Source: Dehalococcoidia bacterium
GTDB taxonomy: Bacteria > Chloroflexota > Dehalococcoidia > Lucifugimonadales > Lucifugimonadaceae
Length of the DNA: 64,000 nucleotides
Assembly (NCBI GenBank): GCA_965205245.1
Contig: CBDBGE010000005.1
Coordinates: forward strand, 888,770-952,769
Direction: 5' to 3'
Below are positions 36,548 through 44,442 of this stretch, piece by piece. The notes beneath the pieces are model-generated. The model had not been told where the DNA came from, searched no databases, and worked only from the letters and a program-made list of their open reading frames with translations. Numbering within the stretch: the stretch's first letter is position 1; every line of letters begins with the position of its first letter. A program made the translations under genes and the position numbers.

Positions 36548-36834
36548 GTCAGGACTGCGCCCGGTTGATCGAGCTTTTCATCCATCTCCGCTACGATGGC
36601 CTCCAGGGCGTCGATCCCCGCCGGGCCTCCGCCGTTCTCCAGGCCTGCGGCCGCCTTCTTCGCCTTGTTTGCCAGCGGCACGCCGGCCAGCGACTTGAAG
36701 AAGAACTTCTCCCTCATGCCTTCCATCTTGTCGGCCGCATCACTCAGGCGTGTTGCGTCGCCGTCGTCGAGGTTCTCCGCGGCCGCCCTGGTGCTGGCGA
36801 CGGCCGCGTCCAACAGGTCCTGAGCGCGTCCCAT
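36544..36834 (-). CDS. hypothetical small protein
   Basis: 96 aa. An RBS (GGGAGAAGAG) lies upstream of the ATG. It overlaps the downstream epimerase gene by 4 nt. Confidence 0.55.
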   Translation of the reverse strand: MGRAQDLLDAAVASTRAAAENLDDGDATRLSDAADKMEGMREKFFFKSLAGVPLANKAKKAAAGLENGGGPAGIDALEAIVAEMDEKLDQPGAVLT

Positions 36835-36888
36835 GTTTGTATCTCTTCTCCCTGGCTTTTCTTGTCCGGAATCGACCTCGAAAGCGAG

Positions 36889-38361
36889 TTAGTCGCTCGA
36901 GTGCCTGACCACCTCTTCACCCGGGTGCCACATTTCCCGGCCGTTCGATTTCTTGACCGGAATTTGGGTGCCGTCGCCGTGATAGGGCGAGTAGGAGTCC
37001 GACGTCACCTTCGGACCGTCGTGCAGCTTGACAGCATCCATGTCGACCTCTTCGAGCCGGTCAAACCCTCGGCCGCCGTGCCGGTCCGCCGGGAACGGCT
37101 GGAACTTCTCGAATAACCGCTGGTACCGGAGCCTCGTCGGGCGCGGGTCCAGCGGGAAGCGGAACTTGTCGTTGCCCGCAGGCTTCACGTCGACCAAGTC
37201 GTACTTGCGGCTTCCCAGCCCTATCACCACTCCCGTGTTGATCGTCGTCTGTTCGCTGAGACCTTCGATGGCCGCGCCCGCCAGGTCGAACTTCCGCTCG
37301 CCGGGCTCCTCTACACCCATCTCTTCGGCCAGCGACCCCGGAATGCCCGGCGCGTGCCTCGCCTTGTCTACGCAAGCCTGGTCGATTGCCACCGGGTCGC
37401 TGCTTGCAAATATGCCCAGGTGGGGAACTATCGGCACGTCTGAGAATCCGCCGCAGTCGCACTTGGGCGACACGTCGAGCGCGAGGTTGAGGAACCCCAC
37501 TTTCGGAACGGTCTTCATGACGCCCAGCGCCGCGTCGGCGATTGCTATGTCGGTCGCGTCGAAGAGGTCCTGGGAGGGCTCGAAAATACCGCGCGGGTTC
37601 ATGACCCCCATGCATCCCAGGCACCCGATGCAGGCCTCTCTATCCCAGGCGATCTTTTCGTCTTCAGTGATCTTGAACAGGCCGTGCGGGCAGCAGTCCT
37701 CGATGATGTCCCACTCAGGGTCGTTGTCCTTGCCTGCGAACGCGTCGGGATTGAATTCAATTACGTCGCCGATCCCGTATCGCGGGTGCCTGCCCATGTG
37801 GACGTTGAACTTGCCGCGCTTCGACTGCGCCCCGATTCCGAGGTTTTTGATTGCGCCCCCAATGACACCCATGCCGTGACCCTTGAAGTGGGTAAGGGTA
37901 ATGAGCACGTCTGCGGCGGCAATTGCCTGTGCTACATAGGCTTCTTTGAGGAGATAGCCCTCGGGAATGTCGACCCGGTAGTCGCTGGTGCCGATATATC
38001 CGTCCGCGCAGATGAACGGGCAGCCCAGCGTGGCCGAAGTAAATCCGTTGCGCGCCGCCGTCTCGAGCAGGTCAAGTTCGTTGGCCCGGCTCGAAAAAGG
38101 ACCGTAGGTCAGCGTCGTCGTGTCGCACACGAACGGCCTGCCACCCAACTCCTTCACCCTGTCGGCAACGGCCCTGGCGTAGACGGGCCGCAGGTATGCG
38201 GTGTTGTTCCATTCGCCGCAGTGGACCTTGATGGCGACCACATCGCCGGGTGAAACCAGCTTGTCAAACCCCGCGGCGTCGAAAACCGTCAACGTCTTCG
38301 CAACCAAACTCGTATCTGCCGATTCGCTTCGGGCATCCATGAAGTAAACAGCCGGTTCCAT
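36889..38361 (-). CDS. DUF362-like protein with a ferredoxin-type Cys cluster
   Basis: A strong RBS (AGGAGG) lies 5 nt before ATG 38361. Motifs GDVVAIKVHCGE..., THFKGHGMGVIGGAIKNLG and CIGCLGCMGV suggest a 4Fe-4S insert. The family call is from memory. Confidence 0.6.
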   Translation of the reverse strand: MEPAVYFMDARSESADTSLVAKTLTVFDAAGFDKLVSPGDVVAIKVHCGEWNNTAYLRPVYARAVADRVKELGGRPFVCDTTTLTYGPFSSRANELDLLETAARNGFTSATLGCPFICADGYIGTSDYRVDIPEGYLLKEAYVAQAIAAADVLITLTHFKGHGMGVIGGAIKNLGIGAQSKRGKFNVHMGRHPRYGIGDVIEFNPDAFAGKDNDPEWDIIEDCCPHGLFKITEDEKIAWDREACIGCLGCMGVMNPRGIFEPSQDLFDATDIAIADAALGVMKTVPKVGFLNLALDVSPKCDCGGFSDVPIVPHLGIFASSDPVAIDQACVDKARHAPGIPGSLAEEMGVEEPGERKFDLAGAAIEGLSEQTTINTGVVIGLGSRKYDLVDVKPAGNDKFRFPLDPRPTRLRYQRLFEKFQPFPADRHGGRGFDRLEEVDMDAVKLHDGPKVTSDSYSPYHGDGTQIPVKKSNGREMWHPGEEVVRHSSD

Positions 38362-38464
38362 CGGGGCCTCCTGACGCATCTCGGGGTGTCCTGCATTCAG
38401 TAAGTGGAACTATACCCGACCGGAGCAATTCGGGCGCGTTTTTCGTAGAAAGCTGGCGCCCTGT

Positions 38465-39724
38465 TTAAGCTGCCCGCGTAGGTCCTACGATTCCCGCTTC
38501 GAACAGGCGCGCGATCTCTTCATCGCCCAAGTTGGCGATGTCCCGGAGAATCTCCGCTGTGTGTTCGGCAAACCTGGGGGTTGGGCGGCGTACCGATGCG
38601 GGTGTCTCTGAGAACTGCCAAGGGAAACCAAGCGATGGGTGTTTTCCAACCCCGGCCGAGTAGTCGACATCTACGAAAAAGTCGCGATGTCCATATTGAG
38701 GATCGTCAAGTAGGTCGGCCATGCTCATCACCGCGCCGGCCGGCACGCCCGCGGCCTGCAGGATGTTCATCGCGTCACCGGGAGAACGTCGGACCGTCCA
38801 AGACTCCACGATCTCTTCCGAGGCCTGGCGATTCTTCAGTCGACTTTCAGCAGTGGCGAACCGTTCATCTCCCAGCAGTTCGGCGCGCCCGACGCACTCC
38901 AGCAGCGCGTTCCATTCCTCGTCGCTGGTCACCGAAACGGCGATCCAATTGTCGTCTCCCTCGCAGGGAAAGCACCCGTGCGGCGACCACGCGGGGTGAC
39001 CGTTCGCGCGAGGACCGGGAGGGTCCCCCGTTTCGGCCAGTTCGATCAACGGCTCCGGCATTGCGAACGTGACCGCCTCGCGCTGGGCGATTTCGATGTG
39101 CTGGCCCTCCCCGGTCGCGTCACGATGCCAGAGCGCCGTCAGGATGGCCGAAACGGCAAACAGGGCAACGGTGGGATCGGGGTAGAAGACTCCGGTCGAC
39201 ATCGGTGTTTCGGGGTCGTAGCCGGTTATTGCCGCAAGTCCGACCAGGCACTCCTGTTGCGGACCGAAAGCGACGAACCCGCTGTCAGGGCCGGTCGCCC
39301 CAAACGCCGGCATGGAGACCATCACCAGGTCCGGTTTGACTGTCCTGAGTTGTTCGAAGTCGATGCCCAGTCGCTGCGTGACACCGACGCTGAAGTTCTC
39401 GATCACAACGTCTGCAGATGCGACCAAGGACTTGAGTAGTTCGACTCCCTCGTCCGCCTTCAGGTCGATGGCGATGCTGCGTTTGTTGCGGTTGTACTCC
39501 ACGAATCTCCCGGCCCGGTTCCGCGGTTCATCGCCCGGGTCGTCGTCCGGATACGTGCCCCCGGATGACACGTTCGGGTCCGCCGGTCCGCGCTCGGGAT
39601 CGGGGCGATGCGGACCCTCGACCTTGACAATGTCGGCGCCGAGGTCGCCGAGCATGCGCGTTGAATAAGGCCCTGACCAGACCTGGGAAAGGTCGACAAC
39701 CCGTATTCCGTCCAACGGTCCCAT
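38465..39724 (-). CDS. family-III CoA-transferase (CaiB/BaiF)
   Basis: The N-terminus LDGIRVVDLSQVWSGPYSTRMLGDLGADIVKVE is a canonical CaiB-family signature. Confidence 0.85.
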   Translation of the reverse strand: MGPLDGIRVVDLSQVWSGPYSTRMLGDLGADIVKVEGPHRPDPERGPADPNVSSGGTYPDDDPGDEPRNRAGRFVEYNRNKRSIAIDLKADEGVELLKSLVASADVVIENFSVGVTQRLGIDFEQLRTVKPDLVMVSMPAFGATGPDSGFVAFGPQQECLVGLAAITGYDPETPMSTGVFYPDPTVALFAVSAILTALWHRDATGEGQHIEIAQREAVTFAMPEPLIELAETGDPPGPRANGHPAWSPHGCFPCEGDDNWIAVSVTSDEEWNALLECVGRAELLGDERFATAESRLKNRQASEEIVESWTVRRSPGDAMNILQAAGVPAGAVMSMADLLDDPQYGHRDFFVDVDYSAGVGKHPSLGFPWQFSETPASVRRPTPRFAEHTAEILRDIANLGDEEIARLFEAGIVGPTRAA

Positions 39725-39728
39725 TCCT

Positions 39729-40943
39729 TTACACGACCTTCATTTCGGCTAGTCTGTCGAATTCCTCGACCCCAACGCCGAGTTCGTCTAGGAACACGTC
39801 GCGGGTGTGCTCGCCCAACGCCGGCGCCGGTCGGTTCGTCCAGCCAATTTGTTGGGCCCGGTACGGCCGTGACGGCAAGTCGACCTCGTCGCCATCGGGC
39901 AATTTGGTCTTTTCCAAATATTCCCGCGCCCTGAGATGCTCGGAGTTGACGACATCGTTCGCGTTCGCGACATACGCGGCGGCCAGCCCGCCGGTCTGCG
40001 CGCGCTTGTAAACGTCTTCCTTGCCGTGGCCCATCAGCCAATCGGTGAAGACCGTTTGCAGCATGTCTGCATTTGCCACCCTGCCCTCTTCCGTCTCCAG
40101 CGCCGGGTCGTCCATTTCCGTCCGGCCGATCATCTTTGCGAAGGGTCGCCACCAATTGCGGTTTCCGCCCCGTCCTCCGACGATCACCCACCCGTCGGCA
40201 CATCTCCGAAGGCTGCCCGGGACCTCGGTCTTGGGTTCAACCCTGTTCGGTGTTTGGCCCGTGTAGGTCTGCCGTTTGAGGGCCGCGCCCGCAACACTGG
40301 TCCATGCCTCCAGAATTGAGACATCGACGAACTGCCCGCGCCCTGTTCGTTTGCGAGACAGGAGCGCAGCCATGGCGGCGACGTACCCGTGCAGGCCGCC
40401 GTGGACCTGTGCAAAGTGGCCGCCCTTCTGCAACGGAGGCTTGCCCGGCACACCGGCGAGTTTCATCTCACCGCTCATGGCGTGAAGCACAATCTCGGTC
40501 GCCGCGAAGTCTGCGCACGGGCCGGAACGGCCGAATGGAGTTATCGACACGTGGACCAGCCGCGGGAACTTCTTCTGGGCAGCTCTGGTCACGTCGGGTT
40601 CGGGTCCAAGAGCGCCCTCACGCGTGCCGTCGATTAGAACGTCGGAAGCGGCCAGCAATTGCGCCAGCGCGCCCTTGCCGTCCGTACTGCCGACATCGAG
40701 CGTAACGCTGCGCTTCGACATGTTCAGGTAATGAAAATACCCCGGCGAATGCCCGTTGCGGTGCGACTCGGCGTCCGGCCCGGTCTGACGCCCATCCCCA
40801 TCCCGACGGGGCGGTTCGACCTTGATCACGTCTGCGCCCTGGGCGGCAAACATCTTTCCGGCGAACGACTCGGCGATGCCCTGCCCCATCTCCACCACCC
40901 GCAGGCCGTTGAGCGTCGGCGTCGCCGGTCCGTTTGAGCGCAC
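39729..40943 (-). CDS. family-III CoA-transferase (CaiB/BaiF)
   Basis: LNGLRVVEMGQGIAESFAGKMFAAQGADVIKVE. GTG start. Confidence 0.85.
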   Translation of the reverse strand: MRSNGPATPTLNGLRVVEMGQGIAESFAGKMFAAQGADVIKVEPPRRDGDGRQTGPDAESHRNGHSPGYFHYLNMSKRSVTLDVGSTDGKGALAQLLAASDVLIDGTREGALGPEPDVTRAAQKKFPRLVHVSITPFGRSGPCADFAATEIVLHAMSGEMKLAGVPGKPPLQKGGHFAQVHGGLHGYVAAMAALLSRKRTGRGQFVDVSILEAWTSVAGAALKRQTYTGQTPNRVEPKTEVPGSLRRCADGWVIVGGRGGNRNWWRPFAKMIGRTEMDDPALETEEGRVANADMLQTVFTDWLMGHGKEDVYKRAQTGGLAAAYVANANDVVNSEHLRAREYLEKTKLPDGDEVDLPSRPYRAQQIGWTNRPAPALGEHTRDVFLDELGVGVEEFDRLAEMKVV

Positions 40944-40945
40944 GT

Positions 40946-41833
40946 CTATACCAGACCGAGTTCGGCCGCTTCGGCCAGCGTGTTTCTAGCGCGTTCCACG
41001 ACCGGGACGTCCACCATTGCGCCATCGAGGTCCAGGGAGCCCCGTCCTTCTGCCGAGGCCGCGTCCCAGGCCGACATCACGCGCCGCGCATACTCAATTT
41101 CGTCCGGTTGCGGTCCGAACAAGCGCCGGATCGGTCCCAGTTGGGCCGGGTGAATGGCGAACTTGCCCTTGAAGCCCAATTGTGCGGCTTCGGCGATGTC
41201 CGACTCCAGGCCTTCGGAGTCACGGAAGTTCACGTATGGGGTGTCCAGTGGGGTCACACCGGCTGCATGAGCCGCCAGGGCGACGAGCCCTCGCGGGATC
41301 CGCACCTCCTCGCCAGACGACGTGCGCCTGATTCCCACGTCTCGTGTGTAGTCCTCCGCGCCGAACGTGATCGCGGAAATCCGTTCCGACGCGCAGGCGA
41401 TTTCGTACGCGTGTTGGACCGCAGCCGCCGTCTCTATCCACAAGACCAGTTTCGTCTGACCGGAGGACAGCCCGGCACTCACTTCAGCGGCATCCAGCAG
41501 TCGGCCGTACTCTGAAATATCGGTTGGCGAGGTGATCTTTCCGACGCTGATCGCAAACACATCCGGATGGACGACCGCCGCGATGTCGTCCTCCGCCAGC
41601 CCCGTGTCGAGCGAATTGACCCTGACCACTATTCTTTGACCGGCTTTCGCCAGGGCGGGGACCATGTCGGCGACGAGGTCCCGCGCCGCAGCCTTTTCGG
41701 CGATAGGCACCGAGTCTTCCAGATCGGCCACTACAGCGTCGGTCGCGAACCCGGTCGCCTTTTCCAGCATCGACCGGCGATTGCCGGGTACGAAGATCGG
41801 ATTGCGGATTCTTGACTGACCGTTAGAGTTCAT
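40946..41833 (-). CDS. HpcH/HpaI-CitE family acyl-CoA lyase (citryl-, malyl- or citramalyl-CoA lyase-like)
   Basis: IFVPGNRRSMLEKATGFATDAVVADLEDSV... is typical of CitE-like lyases. Confidence 0.8.
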   Translation of the reverse strand: MNSNGQSRIRNPIFVPGNRRSMLEKATGFATDAVVADLEDSVPIAEKAAARDLVADMVPALAKAGQRIVVRVNSLDTGLAEDDIAAVVHPDVFAISVGKITSPTDISEYGRLLDAAEVSAGLSSGQTKLVLWIETAAAVQHAYEIACASERISAITFGAEDYTRDVGIRRTSSGEEVRIPRGLVALAAHAAGVTPLDTPYVNFRDSEGLESDIAEAAQLGFKGKFAIHPAQLGPIRRLFGPQPDEIEYARRVMSAWDAASAEGRGSLDLDGAMVDVPVVERARNTLAEAAELGLV

Positions 41834-41857
41834 CTGCTACGGGAACCGTGCTCACGT

Positions 41858-42766
41858 CTAGGAGTGCAGTCCATCGAGCCAATCCGTCACCACCGCAATG
41901 AACTGATTCGGATTATCGCCCGGTACTAGGTGCCCGGCGCGTTCGACCTCCACGACCTTGCAGTTCTGCATGCGCCCCGCCATCTCGGCTGCCGTTTCGG
42001 GGGCAAGTATGTCGCTTTCAGCGCCGCGCACCACCAATGTCGGGCACGAAATTTGCTCCAGCCGCCGCCACTGTTCATCGGCCGGCACATTCTCGCGGGG
42101 TCGGTTCGGGTCCCTGAGCACGCGGTCGTATTTCCAGGTCCACTTGCCGTTGGGTGCCTGCCGGACCTTGTGTATCAACGTGTCCCGGACCTCCTGCACG
42201 CTGCGTCGCGGGTTGTACTTGTGGATGCGCTCCACGAACTCTTCCCACGTGTCCAGTTCGTCCGGCAGCGTGACGAAGTCCATGATCCGCCTGCCGCCTG
42301 ACTGGCGGGTACGAGGAGCCTTGGGCCAGGTAGGGCCGGAGTCGACGATGACCAGTCCGCGCACCTTTTCGGGGCGGCGCGACGCGTACACATACGAACT
42401 TCGGCCGCCCATCGACAGGCCGACGAGCGTCACGGGAACGCCGCCGAACTGGTCTATGAACCGGTCGAGGTCGCGCTGGTGGGCGGCCGTCGAGTAATCG
42501 GAATCTTCCGCCCAGTCGCTGTCCCCGTGCCCGCGTGCGTCGAGGCTGATTACCCGGTGTTTCTGGCCCAGGGCCAGCGCCGTGTAGTCCCACGAGTGGG
42601 CGTTCTGTGCAAACCCGTGCAGCAGTATGACCGGCGGCGCGTCTTTCGGCCCCCAGTCCAGGTAGCTAAGCTCCAGTTCGCCGGTATCGAACCTGCGTTC
42701 CGTCGGCGACAGTTCGTCGGCAAATAGGACTCCGGCCTTGCGCGCCGCTTCGTAGAGTGTGGCCAT
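41858..42766 (-). CDS. alpha/beta-fold hydrolase
   Basis: VILLHGFAQNAHSWD and the nucleophile elbow GLSMGG. Confidence 0.8.
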   Translation of the reverse strand: MATLYEAARKAGVLFADELSPTERRFDTGELELSYLDWGPKDAPPVILLHGFAQNAHSWDYTALALGQKHRVISLDARGHGDSDWAEDSDYSTAAHQRDLDRFIDQFGGVPVTLVGLSMGGRSSYVYASRRPEKVRGLVIVDSGPTWPKAPRTRQSGGRRIMDFVTLPDELDTWEEFVERIHKYNPRRSVQEVRDTLIHKVRQAPNGKWTWKYDRVLRDPNRPRENVPADEQWRRLEQISCPTLVVRGAESDILAPETAAEMAGRMQNCKVVEVERAGHLVPGDNPNQFIAVVTDWLDGLHS

Positions 42767-42918
42767 GGGCAAAATGTATAACGGAAACTGGCGGTAGTCG
42801 AACGTTTTCGGCCAACGACCCGGCCTGAAAACATCTGCCCCGTGCAGCGCCTAGCCGGTAAGATCATCTGGCTCGCAGGCAACCGCGCCGGGGCGTTACA
42901 GATAAGGAACGATGCGAC

Positions 42919-43431
42919 TTGGAAACTGTCGAAGAAAAGCGGTGGGAGTACGAAGCCGTGGAGGTGGGTCAGAAGGGGACACCCTTCACCGTCGAGGTCA
43001 CAAGCGACCTTATATCGAAGTACGCGCAACGCGTGCGAAATCCAAACCCGGCCTACCAGGAGGAGGACGAACAGCTCCTCGCCATGCCCACCATGGTGAT
43101 TGCAGCCGCTCCCTTGCGACGCTTCGACGTTGCCGAGGCGAACGGCTACGTGGCGCTGGAACTCGTCCAGGACAATCCCCGTCAGACACCGTTTGCCAAG
43201 TGCGAAGTACGGTGGCACAGCCCGATGCGCGCTGGCGACACCATAACCAGCGTCGGCAGTGTGGTCGACAAGTACGAGCGGCGCGGCAGTAAATTCGTGA
43301 CTTTCAGGGTCGAAGCCCGGAACCAGCACGACGAGTTGGTAGCCGAATACGACTACACGAGCATCTTCGAATACGCGAAGGGCCAGAAACACGCGGCCGA
43401 CCAGGGCAAAGCCACGGAGGTTTCCCGGTAA
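42919..43431 (+). CDS. MaoC-N/hotdog-fold hydratase subunit
   Basis: 170 aa hotdog-like protein with a TTG start. It is translationally coupled (TAATG) to the next hotdog gene. Confidence 0.65.
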   Translation: METVEEKRWEYEAVEVGQKGTPFTVEVTSDLISKYAQRVRNPNPAYQEEDEQLLAMPTMVIAAAPLRRFDVAEANGYVALELVQDNPRQTPFAKCEVRWHSPMRAGDTITSVGSVVDKYERRGSKFVTFRVEARNQHDELVAEYDYTSIFEYAKGQKHAADQGKATEVSR

Positions 43432-43871
43432 TGACTGACCAGCACGTTACCTACGACTCGATAGCGGTGGGGGACGAGATCCCGTCGTTCGAGACCTATG
43501 AGACCCAGGAGACGATAGACAACACCCGGATGCCGGAAATCACCGCCAGACCGCCGCGGCCGAATATCCACACCGATCCCGAATTTGCCAGGAAGGGACT
43601 GTTTGCCGGCACGGTAAACGGCGGCGTCATCACGATGGCCTACGTCACGACCATGCTGGAGCGATGGTTTCCCGCAGCCAGCTTCTACGAAGGCGGCAGG
43701 CTGGAGTTCAAAGCGATCCAGCCTTTCCGGCCAGGCGACACCGTGGTCTTCACCGGCGTCGTGACGGGAAAGCGCCGGGTCAACGGCAAGGGCCTCATCG
43801 ACTGCGAAATCAAGGGCACGAACCAACTCGGCCAGCTAATGGGATTCGCCACCGCCACTCTGTCCGTTTAG
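43431..43871 (+). CDS. MaoC-like (R)-specific enoyl-CoA hydratase subunit
   Basis: 146 aa. NIHTDPEFARKGLFAGTVNGGV is the MaoC dehydratase motif region. Confidence 0.75.
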   Translation: MTDQHVTYDSIAVGDEIPSFETYETQETIDNTRMPEITARPPRPNIHTDPEFARKGLFAGTVNGGVITMAYVTTMLERWFPAASFYEGGRLEFKAIQPFRPGDTVVFTGVVTGKRRVNGKGLIDCEIKGTNQLGQLMGFATATLSV

Positions 43872-43954
43872 GGCTGCGCGGCAGGCCTTTTCCATGGTCA
43901 CCAGGGCGAACAGGGGCGAGGGGAAGAGTGTGCTCCGAACGTAGTTGCAGGCAA

Positions 43955-44275
43955 ATGCGCCGCATTGTGGAGGTCTTCAACACAGGAGACGTGTCGTCAC
44001 TGGACTCGCTGGTTTCGCCCAAATACGTGGATCACCAGGGCATCGGTGGCTCGAAGATATTCGGGACCAGTGGATTCGCCAGCTTGGTGACACGGGCCAG
44101 ACAAGGCCATCCACTGCTACGTGTCGAAATCCTGGAGATCAGTGTCGATGGGGACCGGGTTACGGCCCGGCTTATCTGGACTGAGGCCGATTATGATGCA
44201 AGTCGACAGACGATCGATACCATCCGATTCTCCGACGGGTTGGCGGTTGAGCATTGGGGGGAGCGGTTGGACTGA
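43955..44275 (+). CDS. SnoaL-like / NTF2-fold protein (predicted ester cyclase family)
   Basis: MRRIVEVFNTGDVSSLDSLVSPKYVDHQG... is a typical SnoaL-like N-terminus. The RBS is weak and the start uncertain. Confidence 0.6.
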   Translation: MRRIVEVFNTGDVSSLDSLVSPKYVDHQGIGGSKIFGTSGFASLVTRARQGHPLLRVEILEISVDGDRVTARLIWTEADYDASRQTIDTIRFSDGLAVEHWGERLD

Positions 44276-44363
44276 TACCCGCCCTCTTGGTATCACTTCG
44301 GTGTGAGTCGGACACCACTCAGTGACGAGGTTTTGTAGTTACCGAACAACGCCGGAGCTACTT

Positions 44364-44423
44364 CAAAGGACCAACCAACTCGGTCAGCTAATGGGTTTCG
44401 CCACCGCCACTATGTCCGTTTAG
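44364..44423 (+). pseudogene. orphan duplicate of the last ~60 nt of the MaoC-like gene (43811..43871)
   Basis: It still encodes NQLGQLMGFATATMSV*, against NQLGQLMGFATATLSV* at the real gene end. A 1-nt indel further upstream breaks the frame. Confidence 0.75.
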
Positions 44424-44442
44424 GACCCGCGCCCTACCGGCC

